Assembly: GCA_030704615.1 (NCBI GenBank)
Contig: CM060732.1
Coordinates: forward strand, 15,748,001-15,812,000
Source: Takakia lepidozioides
Lineage: Eukaryota; Plantae; Bryophyta
Length of the DNA: 64,000 nucleotides
Reading direction: 5' to 3'
This document shows positions 39,201 through 50,428 of the stretch, in pieces; positions within the stretch are counted from its first letter, which is position 1; every line of letters starts with the position of its first letter. The notes beneath the pieces were generated by a model, which did not search any database, was not told the DNA's origin, and saw only the letters and a list, made by a program, of their open reading frames with translations. Position numbers and translations under genes: made by a program.

Positions 39201-39762
39201 CACAGCCTATCACAGCCCATCACAGCGTGACACAGCCTATCACAGCCCAACACAGCGTGACACAGCCTATCACAGCCCATCACAGCGTGACACAGCCTAT
39301 CACAGCCCAACACAGCGTGACACAGCCTATCACAACCCATCACAGCGTGACACAGCCTATCACAACCCATCACAGTGTCACACAGCCTATCACAGCCCAT
39401 CACAGTGTCACACAGCCTATCACAGCCCACCACAGTGCCACACAGCCTGTCACAGCCCAACACAGCCCATGCAGGTTACACAGTCCATAGGATCAGTGAC
39501 AAATGGACGCGAATTAACGTCAGAAAAGTGGCCATCAAGTGAAGAAGAAGTTTGGAAGTCAAACTTGGAGAATATGCCACGCGGAGAGGAGAAGTCGGGG
39601 GCATGTCTAGAAAAAGACACGTGGCCACTAAGACGAAGCACACCGCACGCATCGATTGCAAGAGTAGGTCTCATCATGCAAGAGGACAAATTGGGCCGTC
39701 AAAGTACCTACCCGGTACAACCGCTAAGACTATTTGTGGGCCCATTAATGCATTCAGAGTAA
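33278..39762 (+). pseudogene. gag-pol (gag, protease, RT, RNase H, integrase), disrupted
   Basis: ORF pieces 33939-34289, 34335-36110, 36545-37244, 37281-38019, 38065-38415 and 38518-39762. Many premature stops; apparent deletion near 37130. Confidence 0.92.
39178..39468 (+). repeat. 30-bp tandem repeat x ~9.5, in frame with the pol C-terminus (HSP[T/S]QRDTAY)n
   Basis: CACAGCCCA(A/T)CACAGCGTGACACAGCCTAT units. Confidence 0.95.
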
Positions 39763-40037
39763 GGGTAACGGAACACTTTCCGAGTACAGAAAAGAGGAAC
39801 CTATGCCACATGTGTTGTCCTACTGCACATTCTAGGTGGGAATGTCCACGGAGAGGGGTGGAATTAAGAAGTTACCTAAGCAGGCAACAGCCAATCAGGA
39901 GTGCGAATTACATGTAGGTGGTTCCCTCCAAGAAACAAGAACAAGAAATAAGAAGTGTTATGAGCGGAAGAGTCGGGGTGGCTCCGAATAGCCAGTGTCT
40001 CGACGAGAGGGGCAATCAAAGCACTAGCTTTGTAGCT

Positions 40038-41870
40038 ATGGCGGATGTAACGGATTACACACTCGCTTTACTTCTCACGCAGTGGCGCAAGGACGGACGA
40101 ATTGAGAGTACATTTTCTCTCACTCGATACTTGCAAGCCCCACAGGCTTACACGCACTTACCTGTTCCATTATGTGCCAACCATACCTTCATGCTCTGTG
40201 CCCTGCAAGCTTTCCTTGAGCTGTTTCAAACAAGGCCTTTTTGCTTGTCTAGAATGAAGAGAGTGAGGGGAATGGAGGATATCAGGGTGAAGAGCACCAC
40301 GATTCTGCAGAAGCAAACAATTGCTACACCGCAGGCAGTGCAGCTGCTGAGGGAGTTGCGATTGGAGGGGCTTCTACGCAAGGACTGGTCCTTGCATCAT
40401 TGACAGTATATGATTCAATTTCTTCATAACTTTGAGCCTCGGACGGGAGTTACCCAGGTGAGGGGAGTAGATATAGAAATTACTCCCCAGTACCTGCAGC
40501 AATTGTTTGATTTGCCATCAAGTCATGTGGATGTGGATGAGCACAGGGCAAGATTGCAGATAGGGAATTTGTTCCAAGAAGGGAGTTTCTTTAAGACTCA
40601 AGGTTATGCTTGTACCAAAGCTGAGTACCCAAGGCTCAGAGAAGTTGGCCAAATATTGAACGTTCTGTTTGCCATGAAACAGAACCAACAATATTTGAGC
40701 AGGTCATTCACAGAGGAGATCCTGAAAGCTTTGAGGGGAGAGGATGTAGCTTGGGCGGAGTTAATGTACAATGGTCTGGTGGACGAGATGAAGAGGTTAC
40801 AGGGCACTGCTGCTAAGTCTCTGATCATTGTGTCTAGTCTAGTCATTGCCCAAATCATTCTTGACTCTTGCATACTTGATACTCGGGAACGTAAGGAGAT
40901 GGGAGTTTGAGGCAGTAACCACTGCAATTGAAGAGCAGGGCTCTTCACATAGTGAGGGTGGACTGGCAGGGCAACACCAGTCTAAGAGACAAAAGCGGGG
41001 TATGACTGTAGTGGCGGATCCACTGGCTTCACGGAAACCACAAGATGATGTTTCCCAAGCTCTTGTGCAGGATGGGGCACAGCAGCACAGGGGACTGTTA
41101 TTATTGGAAGCACGGCCTTCGGAGAGGGAAGAGGAAGTCAATTTGGTACCACAGCCACCACAGCCAGTTGACTCGATTGTCTTAGAGGTTCCACAGTTAG
41201 AACATGTTGTGACGCCACCCCCAATTGCTCTGGACGGAGAAGGGTTGGACATTCACACTACAGAGCAGGTCGTGGCCGAAATTGAGAAGGGTGACCTTCT
41301 CTATGAAAACTCTGGTTTGATAAGGGAATCAGTGGTTCCAGAGGTGCAGCGCTTGTCCAGGGAAAACCTGCTGTGCATGTAATACCCACACCTGTGACGG
41401 AGGTACCAGGGGTAGAATATAAGGACACTGCAACACCTGTGGAGGATGAGGTGGTTCAGGAAGAGAATTTGGTGGGGAAATGGCCTGAATGGTTGGTGAG
41501 GCATCACACTGTGGAGGATCAGGGAGAACAGCAACAAGTTCACCATGATGACCCTCAGCAGGCCATGCTTATGAGTTCCATAAGGAGGACACTCAATTTG
41601 TTGGGCACTTATGTGAAATCCCATGTTCCATCTACCCAATTGGCAGTTTTGAGGGAGGAACTCAGGAAGGAATTTGAGGCTCGAATTGCCACTGAGTGTG
41701 CTAACAAGGTAGATGAGGAGGTCAATCTCAAGTTATAGCAAGAGTTGGAGGACACAAAGGCTGCTTTGCAGTTGGCCAAGGGACATTTGATTGAAGCAGG
41801 CCTCGAGTAGGACCAGTTGCATGAAGCACATAAGCAACAGTTATACCAATTGCAGGTGAAGGAGGTTAGC
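40038..41870 (+). pseudogene. Additional sense ORF(s) downstream of pol (accessory/'env-like' position)
   Basis: FLHNF...VTQVRGVDIEITPQYLQQLFDLP...LRGEDVAWAELMYNGL resembles plant retroelement accessory ORFs. Followed by acidic and coiled-coil-like segments, broken by stops. Confidence 0.55.
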
Positions 41871-42533
41871 TATTTCATGAGCATGAGCGGCATGAGCGGA
41901 GTAGCATCGGCACCTTGAAGGGAAAATTGTAGTTTTGAGAGTTGTGCTCATCATATTTTGTCTTCCGCTCATGCCAATTCCCATCGACATGTGCAAAAAT
42001 GACGCTGAATTTCGCGGTAATAGGGTCCGTAACCGGAAAAAACCGCGACGTATTTCGCGGTAATAGGTCTCTCTGGCGAAAAATGGTGCCGAATTCTGCG
42101 GCTATAGGTCCCCTCATGACAGGTGTGTAAGTCCAAAATTTGGAAATGTGGCGCCGAATTTCGGTACATGGTGCCGGGGATTGCACAGATGTTGGGCAGT
42201 TCTGGGCAGCCATGTAACTGGAAATTCGACACCATTTTTCCAGTGCATGTTTGGACTTAGCCAGTTTTCGACGCAAAATAGGGAAATTCGGCGCCATTTT
42301 TCCAGACACGGGTACCAGTGCATGTTGGGACTTAGCCAGTTTTCGGCCCAAAATAGAGAAATTTCGGCGCAATTTTTCCAGAAATGGCCCCACAACTGCT
42401 GTTGGATCTCAGTTTGAATGGAATATTGCCTCATTCCAGGAGTTTTGGGGTGCATTTCATTACACTGCAAAAAAAAGTCTGATACATGAAAATGCAATTG
42501 AAAATATCCATATGGAGGATTCCCTTTGCCCCA

Positions 42534-45500
42534 TCAATGATTTCTGGAATCCCTAAGAAGGAGTTTGTGCAGCTCGTTCACGCTCAACGCCGGTGCATGA
42601 ATAAGGTCATCAATAGTCACGTTCATCCTCAACCTCTTCAGGTAAATGTAATACAGATGCTTGCACGGATAATACTTTGAACCCTTCTTTGCTTCCATCA
42701 ACGAGAAGTCCGTACAATTGCAAGACGGCTCCACTCCAATCGTAATTGTGTATACATCGTCACGTACAGCCGAGCCGGCCATTGCCATCTGATAAACACG
42801 CCCGAGGTTGGGTGGAGGTACGTCCACGGAGCTCTGAATAGTGCAAGCCATCCCAAGAGCATTGGCAATCCGAGTCTCATTCAACTTGTTGGGAGGGTGT
42901 CGTCTCTTCACTCTTCCAAATCGCATTGTGGGATGTGCAGAATTGTCCAATCCGTCTCTACTGGACCGAGCAGTCTGCAATGGCTGGGTCTGAGGAACCG
43001 AAAATGCGTGGGCCGGGACGTCTGTGCGTTGCACCATTCAAAATCCTGCTGCAGATAGAGCATCCGCCTCATTCTGAGAGAGGCTGCAACCCGGTGCAAC
43101 AGGCCAGACGCCCGGAGGCTCCGGCATTCCCTGAATCCCGTACTTGAGCTTGCCAAATACACAGGTCATTATGTCGTGCCTACAGAACCAAAATGTCTGC
43201 GTTGTGGCGTGAGCAAATGTGGGAGTCAAAAATCTGCCGGTGAAACAAGGTGCAGGTACAGCACCGTGTGGGTTCCTCCGAATCATCTCACCACAGCGTG
43301 CTCTCGTATCCACCCGGATGGCGCAACACTTCCCTCGAAATGCCGGCAATGTCCTCGCAATTCTCCACTGTGACTCCGACACTCTTGTCTCCACAATGGG
43401 AATGTTGTACTGCTTTACTACAGATGGCTCGTTATGTTGCCGGGGCACGCGCCCTGTGCTCAAAGGAGATGGTGATCTTGAACGTGCAGGACTTGCGGTG
43501 CTCGACGAGACCTCCTCGGGCAACATCATAGGACCACGAGCGAGCGTGCGAATATTCTTGTCAGCTCGCCATGAATCCTCTTCTCCGTCAGGTGCCTCGT
43601 CAAGTCTTCGTCTCACTGGACGGGTATGAACATCTCCTTCCAAATGTTGGCCTCTTCGAAGCAATGGCGTGTCCCGAAGGCCCTCTCGCAAGGCCGCCGC
43701 CCACTTCCGAGGATTCTTGGATCTGGAGGCAGTCCGCATCAGCATTTCCTGCCTGTCCGGCCCCAAGCCCCACTGTTTCCTTTTCAAGAACTCGTTGTAC
43801 ATGCTTTGCTGCATAATTGACCTCACAATGTCCTCCGTTGTGGCAGTGAGGATGTCCACCAGATGCGCCGCAGAGGAGGCACGCCAGGAAGAGTGCACTG
43901 ATTCGGCCATGTTTGTCGTGGGCATGTTGGTGTCGGAGTCGAGACACATTTCCTGCACAAGCACATGTTGAGGTTACAAGCAAGTTACAAATAATGCCAA
44001 GAATAATATTCAACGGGACGCGAATTCGTGCAACTCACCTCCCGCATATAGTCGCCGAACTGGAGGAAACGATAATGCCACCATGCTAGCCAACTGACCA
44101 TTGCTCCCTCGTCTGATTTCCTTACAGCACCTGACGATGTCCACCAAGCCCGTATACATGCAAACTGTGTCTCTGCATCATCCAAGGTGGGAGCGCGCTT
44201 CCACGCAAGACACATGGAACGGTGCTCCTCTCTGAAATCTGGCGCCACGAGCCTGGTTGTGTACTGCGAAAGGCTCTGCAAAAAATGGAACCCACAAGAT
44301 CTCTCCTTGCCTTCCATAGGAACATTGGGGTCTTGTCCGTACACCCTTCGGATGGCAGCCCAATTTGCTTGTGCGTTGTCCGCCATGAAACCACGGAAAT
44401 TGGGAGGGGGCAATCCCGCCTTGGCCATCTGTTCATTTATTCCCTGCCAAAGAAGCATCTCCGATTGTGTGTCCTCTCCTTTCATCTCACAAATAGCAAT
44501 TGTCATTAGCATCATGCAGTGAGTGTCGTAGACATGTGCACCCATTGTCACCACTGGTGATTTGTAATTCGCTTGATATGGTCGAACATGACCGAACTGT
44601 TTGACAAGTCCCCACTCTTCATCCTGTTGACCAGTTCGACGCCGCTGCCAGGTCCACACGTCGACATTTTGAATACGAAACAACGATTTGAATACGAAAC
44701 AACGATCTGCCTCAGTCCCTTGTCCTGGAAACCGACTTCCATGAATGTAGTCATATCCACATCGTCGCTTCACCTCCAGAATGGAGTGCATATCCGAGCC
44801 ACGCCCAATTTTCTGTTTGCATGACACAATGTGGTTTCGGACATTTGGTGAACAGACGTGGGACACCGACTCCAGCAATGCCTCCATTTCCTTGTCATCG
44901 AGAGGAACTCTGTCAGAGCCGTCTTCCGACAAAATTCTGGCCAACGCCATCTTATGGGCGGCTTGGAGCTGTATCTGTTTGGGTTTGGCACCCGGTCTCA
45001 ACTTAACCTACTTCTGAACGAGCTGCTCGTGGGCAGCCTCCCGCGAGTTCCCCCTCGCCAATTTGTGACAATGGGAACCAACGTGTATGCAAGCTTGGGT
45101 GAGGTCAGGGAAACGGTGCAACACATAGAACTGCTTGCCATTACAAACAGACATGCAATGTAGAGGTTCTTTGCAATGCGCACACTTAAATGTGGAGTTC
45201 GGAACCTTCTCCTAAGCTCGAAATGGTTGATGAGCTGTGCCTGTCCAATCGGTCTCGTTCCTGTGACCTCTGGATTTAAAGTGGAAGCAAGTTGGGGAGA
45301 AACACCGCAACGCGCCCGCACAAACAACGTAGCGCACCCGCACACCATCGAGCATCTTCATGCTGGTGGTTTTCATAACGCACCAAGGATGACCGTCATG
45401 TTTTCTATCCATATCTGTCAACATTCCGGACGCCCTCGAGTAGTCCGCCCGAGGATGGAACTCAAAGAAGATATTACCGTTGACGTCTACGGGAAGACAT

Positions 45501-46180
45501 GTAACTGATTTAATTGCGAACTTGCTGTAGTCCAGCCCAGCCAGCTCCGAGCGGTGTCCCTCCATGTGAAGCCCTCGCATAATTTCAAGAATAGATTGAA
45601 CTGCGGTGCTCGTGCTGGGAATATGACTCCCTCGTCCACTGACGTCCATTAAGGACTTGCCTGATCTCCAAGACGATCTCGGAACTTCCATGACCTCGTC
45701 TGAGTCGGACAGGTTGTGAACAACCTGGTTCTTGCTCGTCTTCATTGATGGGTTTGGCTCTGGATTTACTTCGTTGCGGACTTCTCTCTTTGAGGTACCC
45801 ACTCTCTGATTCGCGGATTGTTTCGTTGAAGGCGCCAGGATAGAAGGTGCATTTGGCGGGCAAATGAAGTGCCCAACAGCCCTGTATATGACGTTGTCCG
45901 ATGGTGGAACTTGCCATTCCTTGCCATCACCGAAATCATCGTGGAGCACAACAATACTCTCGACAACAACGCCGTTTGAGTCCTTCATTTCCTCCTCCAA
46001 AAAAACTGACCCCGGTTTCAGGTGGTATCGAACGCACAGATATTTCTCCATCACCCGGCAGATGTCCCCTCTGCACGGAAATGAAGCTCTATGCTCGTGA
46101 GGAGGGCAGTACACTGTAGCGCTCGGGTTTTCCACCATGGGAGATGTGTACACAAGACTGCCAGGATGGCGTGCGGGCAA
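42534..46180 (-). pseudogene. GCM-like zinc domain + MULE DDE transposase + SWIM zinc finger
   Basis: GCM-like DGHPW..KTT..YVVCAGALRC...C...CAHCKEPLHC...C...HVGSHCH; core VMFDH, FRGFMADNAQANWAAIRRVY, CGFHF, TTNMAESVH (across intron 43953-44038); SWIM CNCTDF...CKHLYY. In-frame TAG at 45212, TGA at 43038, and a 19-bp tandem duplication (44669-44706) causing a frameshift. Confidence 0.85.
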
Positions 46181-46374
46181 GCTCCCTGGTAGAAGGGGGA
46201 TGCAGCAATGGGAAGGAATGCAGTGCCGATTTGTCCGAGCGACGAAGCCTGATCCAAATCCAGGGAGCCAACTATCTCAAAAATCCACAGTCAGAGTGTT
46301 AATGAACCTTGTCTCCGAAATGCGGCCCCTGGTCTTTGCGCAATAACTGCCAACGGTATGCAGTCAGAAAGTGG

Positions 46375-47830
46375 GGGGCCGTCCGGATGATGTCGGCTGA
46401 AGGGGAGAAGTCGGCACCGTGCCGTCACAATACTACCCCCGAATGGAAATTCGGCACCGAATATCCAACCGGGGCCGCACGGATGAAGTCGCTTGGGGCA
46501 GAGAGGCCGGCACCTGTCCGACAGAGAACATCCCCCGGATGGAAATTCAGCGCCGAATTTCCATCCGGATCCCCCCAAAGGAAGTCGTGTCGGGGGGTCA
46601 GGCCGAAAACTGGCCGACATAAAAACCTCCCCGGATGGAAAAACGGCGCCGAATTTCCATCCGGGGCCGTTCGGAGGCAGTCGGGGAGGGAGGAGAGGCC
46701 GGCACCTGGCCGTCACATTTCAACCCCCAGACGGAAATTCGGCACCGAATATCCAACAGGGGACGCCCAGATGAAGTCGCCTCGGGCGGAGAGGCCGGCA
46801 CGTGTCCGACAGACAGCATCCCCTGGATGGAGATTCGGCGCCGAATTTCCATCCGGGCCCCCCCAAAGGAAGTCGTGTCGGGGGGTCAGGCCGAAAACTG
46901 GCCGACATAAAAACCTCCCCGGATGGAAAAACGGCGCCAAATTTCCATCCGGGGCCGTTCGGATGTAGTCGGGGAGGGGGAAGAGGCCGGCACCTGGCCG
47001 TCACATTTCAACCCCCGGACGGAAATTCGGCACCGAATATCCAACAGGGGACGCCCGGATGAAGTCGCCTCGGGCGGAGAGGCCGGCACGTGTCCGACAG
47101 AGAGCATCCCCTGGATGGAGATTCGGCGCCGAATTTCCATCCGGGCCCCCCCAAAGGAAGTCGTGTCGGGGGGTCAGGCCGAAAACTGGCCGACATAAAA
47201 ACCTCCCCGGATGGAAAAACGGCGCCGAATTTCCATCCGGGGCCGTTCGGATGCAGTCGGGGAGGGGGAAGAGGCCGGCACCTGGCCGTCACATTTCAAC
47301 CCCCGGACGGAAATTCGGCACCGAATATCCAACAGGGGACGCCCGGATGACGTCGCCTCGGGCAGAGAGGCCGGCACGTGTCCGACAAAGAGCATCCCCA
47401 GGATGGAGATTCGGCGCCGAATTTCCATCCGGGCCCCCCCAAAGGAAGTCGTGTCGGGGGATAATGCCGAAAACTGGTCGACATAAAAACCTCCCCGGAT
47501 GGAAAAACGGCGCCGAATTTCCATCCGGGGCCGTTCGGATGCAGTTGGGGAGGGGGGAGAGGCCGGCACCTGGCCGTCACATTTCAACCCCCGGACGGAA
47601 ATTCGGCACCGAATATCCAACAGGGGACGCCCGGATGAAGTCGCCTCGGGCAGAGAGGACGGCACCTGTCCGACAGAGAGCATCCCCCGGATGGAAATTC
47701 GGCGCCGAATTTCCATCCGGACCCCATCAAAGGAAGTCCGGTCGGGTAGTGAGGTCGAAAACTGGACGATATAAAAACCTCCCAGGATGGAAAAACGGCG
47801 CCGAATTTCCGTCCGGGGCCGTTCCGATTT
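46375..47830. repeat. Higher-order tandem repeat: 288-bp unit x ~5, made of three ~96-bp palindrome-centred monomers
   Basis: Period 288 (46635, 46923, 47211, 47499). Perfect 34-bp palindrome CCGGATGGAAATTCGGCGCCGAATTTCCATCCGG at 47687-47720. Confidence 0.95.
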
Positions 47831-47929
47831 CCCTCTAGCAGTCGAGGAGTCCATGAAAAACGTGTCTAAAAGTGGACTTGCGCTTGGCGTACCACCCGGC
47901 TAACTCCTGGGCAAGTTAGAAAAAAGAAG

Positions 47930-48231
47930 GGGATGCGACGCCGCGCCGGCGCCCCCACCAACGCCATCGGCTGGAGGGCAGCGACGGCGAGACGTCGCTT
48001 GAAGAGGCTCCTGCCATCGGCGCGCACGGCCTGAAAAACCGACGTCCGGCAGTCGCGGGAGTTGGGGGGGGGCTCGCGACCCCCATACGTCACATTTTGG
48101 CGACGCCCTTGCGATTGCAGGGCGTCGCAAATTCTGCGCCTCCCGCGTGCCCGAAAAGGGCGTTTTCCCGACGCTACGGCGTGGCCGCGGCATGGCACGG
48201 GCGTCGCAAAGGCCCCCCTTTTCCTGTAGTG
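47930..48231. mobile_element. CACTA terminus with subterminal repeats
   Basis: Ends CTTTTCCTGTAGTG at 48231 (reverse complement CACTACAGGAAAAG). GCGACG/CGTCGC repeats as at 9885-10487. Confidence 0.82.
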
Positions 48232-48440
48232 GGAATAGGCATTGTATGAGAAATTGGATATTGTTTTCAGGCCGCCTGCGCATTGGGCATTGACAATCTC
48301 CCTTTCTCGCTCTGCATCTGTTTATTGTTCAAAGGTAGACTCCCCGCCCCAGGTTTAAATGTCAGTCTAGTGCCAAGGGTAGCCTTTTGTGGGATTGGCT
48401 CCCACCAGGTCTTATCTTATCTCTGCAGTAGCAGGTATCA
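48232..48440 (-). mobile_element. Diverged RTE-X fragment
   Basis: Similar to 48930-49065 (TGTTCAAAGGTAG...GTTTAAAT.TCAGTCTAGTGCC). Confidence 0.7.
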
Positions 48441-48592
48441 CCTTATTTTCCGGCAATTGCCTCACCGAAGCACTTGTCCACATGCAAACTCAACAGCCTG
48501 GTTGTAGAGTTATTGATTTTAGTTTTATAGCCCTGCGTTTACCAGTGACATGCATGGGGAAGGCATATGTGTGTCACTCTGGGTGTGTAAGA

Positions 48593-49860
48593 TTGTACTC
48601 ATAAGACGTTGTTTGCCGTAGCCTTGTGGCCATTGACCCCGCGCCCATTTGAGCGGGAACAAAAGGGACAGAACCTACCTCTGTCAGGGGCTCACGTTGG
48701 TAGTAAGACTTAACCTTCATATATAGAATTAATCCGGGTTTTCCATATATCCTCTAGAAATCCCTTCACACAAGCATCAATCTGTTGTGTGTGATTTGCC
48801 CTCAGGAGGGCCTGGGCTTTTGGCTCAGCCTCGAGACTTTCAAAGTTGGTAAACAGGGGTATAGGCACAATTCCCTTGATAGATTTGAAGAGAGCGTCTC
48901 TTTGGTGAGAGAACCCCGGACAGTGTATCAGAAAATGAGTACTATCTTCAGATTGCCCACACAACGGGCAAGTGCACTCTCCCTTTCCTCTCTGCTTCTG
49001 TTTGATGTTCAAAGGTAGGCTTCCTGCCCTGAGTTTAAATTTCAGTCTAGTGCCGAGAGTGGGTAGACCCTTGAGGTCATCCAGGATGTCCTCCCCCATG
49101 TCACTGACTCGAAACAAGTTCAGGGAAGTTTTTTGCCTAACTTCATTTTCATCAGACAATCTCATGGCAACAGACATGGCTTTGGACACTACAGCCTCTA
49201 AGTCAGATTTATCCAGCAACGGATCCAGGTCCAGGTCCTTGAGAATCTCTTCTACTCTCTTCTGCCAGGACTTGGCCTGTTTGACAGGGCGGTCCTGTTT
49301 CCAAGATATAGAGTCAATTAACTTAGGATATCTGGTGTTGGGCATATGTTGCAGCTGACCCCACCATCTGACCTTGAATTCATCTCGTCGGGAGCTTAAG
49401 GACGGAATGCCAAACTCACCCCGAACAGCCACATTGACTGTTTTGGAGCATGCTGACATACACTCCTTAAGCACCCCCACTTGAATGGATTCTAGAGACT
49501 TAGCCTGGTTGGAGTTATCAACCCATATAGCAGATCCGTACTCCAAGGCAGGTCTAATAACGCGACAAAACATGGTTTTCTTAACCTCAGAGTTGACCCC
49601 TCTGCAGTGGAAAAATTTAGTGAGCCCCAGAGCTTTGCCCTTGCCAGTTTGAACAACTTTCCGGATATGTGCATCCCAATTACAATTGGAGGAAAACTCA
49701 ACGCCTAGGTAAGTGTAGGAAGGGAGGACCGGGATCTCTTGGCTACCCCACTGCCACTTAAGATCACTTCCTCCCTCTCCTCTGTCGTTGAATGCTACCA
49801 CTGCATATTTGCTCTCTCAATGGTTTACCAATCGTCAAGGTTTACAAAAGACGAACAAAT
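48593..49860 (-). mobile_element. 5'-truncated RTE-X-type LINE with 15-bp TSD; ORF2 C-terminus at 48710-49801
   Basis: SYTYLGVEF, IRPALEYGSAIW, AVRGEFG, FKLRAGSLPL, CPLCGQSEDSTHFLIHC. Flanked by TCTGGGTGTGTAAGA at 48578-48592 and 49861-49875. Confidence 0.88.
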
Positions 49861-50428
49861 TCTGGGTGTGTAAGAGAGGAAGATAGAGAGAGAATGTACT
49901 CATACGACGCTGTTTGCCGTTGCCTTGTGGCCATAGACCCCAGTTTGGGCGAAACAAAAGGGAACAGATATTACCTTTGTGAGGGGCTCACTTCGGTAGT
50001 GTGACTTACCTTGATAGAGACAATTAGTGTTCGTTGCAGATTACATGTTGCGTGTTTTTATGTGGCCTTGCTGACCAGCTTTACCTTTCCCAGACTTAGT
50101 TGACCAAGGGAATCAGTCCTCTCGTCTGGAGGGAGAGAGAGAGAGAGTATTCCTAAGATGTTGTTTGCGTAGCCTTGTGGCCATTGACTCCACGCCCAGT
50201 TTGAGCAGAACACAAAGGGACAGAACCTACCTTTGTCAGGGGCCGACGCCCATAGTAAGACTTACCTTGGAATAAACAATTGATCCGGGTTTTCCAGATA
50301 TCCTCTAGGAATCCCTTTACACAAGCTTCAACCTGTTGTGTGTGGTTTGCCCAATAACTAGGCCCAAAAGGGCCTGAGCGTTTGGCTCAGCCTCAAGACT
50401 TTCAAAGTTGGTAAACAGAGGTACAGGC
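49861..50428 (-). mobile_element. Two further RTE-X 3'-end fragments (49861-~50012; ~50126-50428) with AG-rich tails on the + strand
   Basis: Repeat of the 3' UTR GCCTTGTGGCCAT.GAC...ACAAA.GG.ACAG...GGGG.....GTAGT..GACTTACCTT. Confidence 0.8.

Larger units (their letters stand above)
31545..41920 (+). mobile_element. Ty3/gypsy non-chromovirus-type LTR retrotransposon with extra ORFs, 3' end lost
   Basis: 5' LTR 31545-32516 (TGTT...AACA); PBS TGGCGACCATACTGGG (tRNA-Arg-like) at 32519. gag with three CCHC knuckles, protease LIDGGSGVN, RT FLDD, RNase H CDASG, integrase FQKWGLDFVGP/SDQGSHF. 3' boundary approximate. Confidence 0.92.
41920..47832 (-). mobile_element. Mutator-like DNA transposon with palindromic subterminal arrays (ends approximate)
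   Basis: Transposase gene flanked on both sides by GGAAATTCGGCGCCGAATTTCC-type motifs (degenerate at ~42000-42380, regular at 46375-47830). No TSD or long TIR found. Confidence 0.7.

Noticed and set aside
46309-47854. Long ORFs and CRISPR-like pattern in the 288-bp repeat
   Set aside because: Spacers recur with period three. The ORFs arise from a GC-rich repeat whose unit is a multiple of 3.
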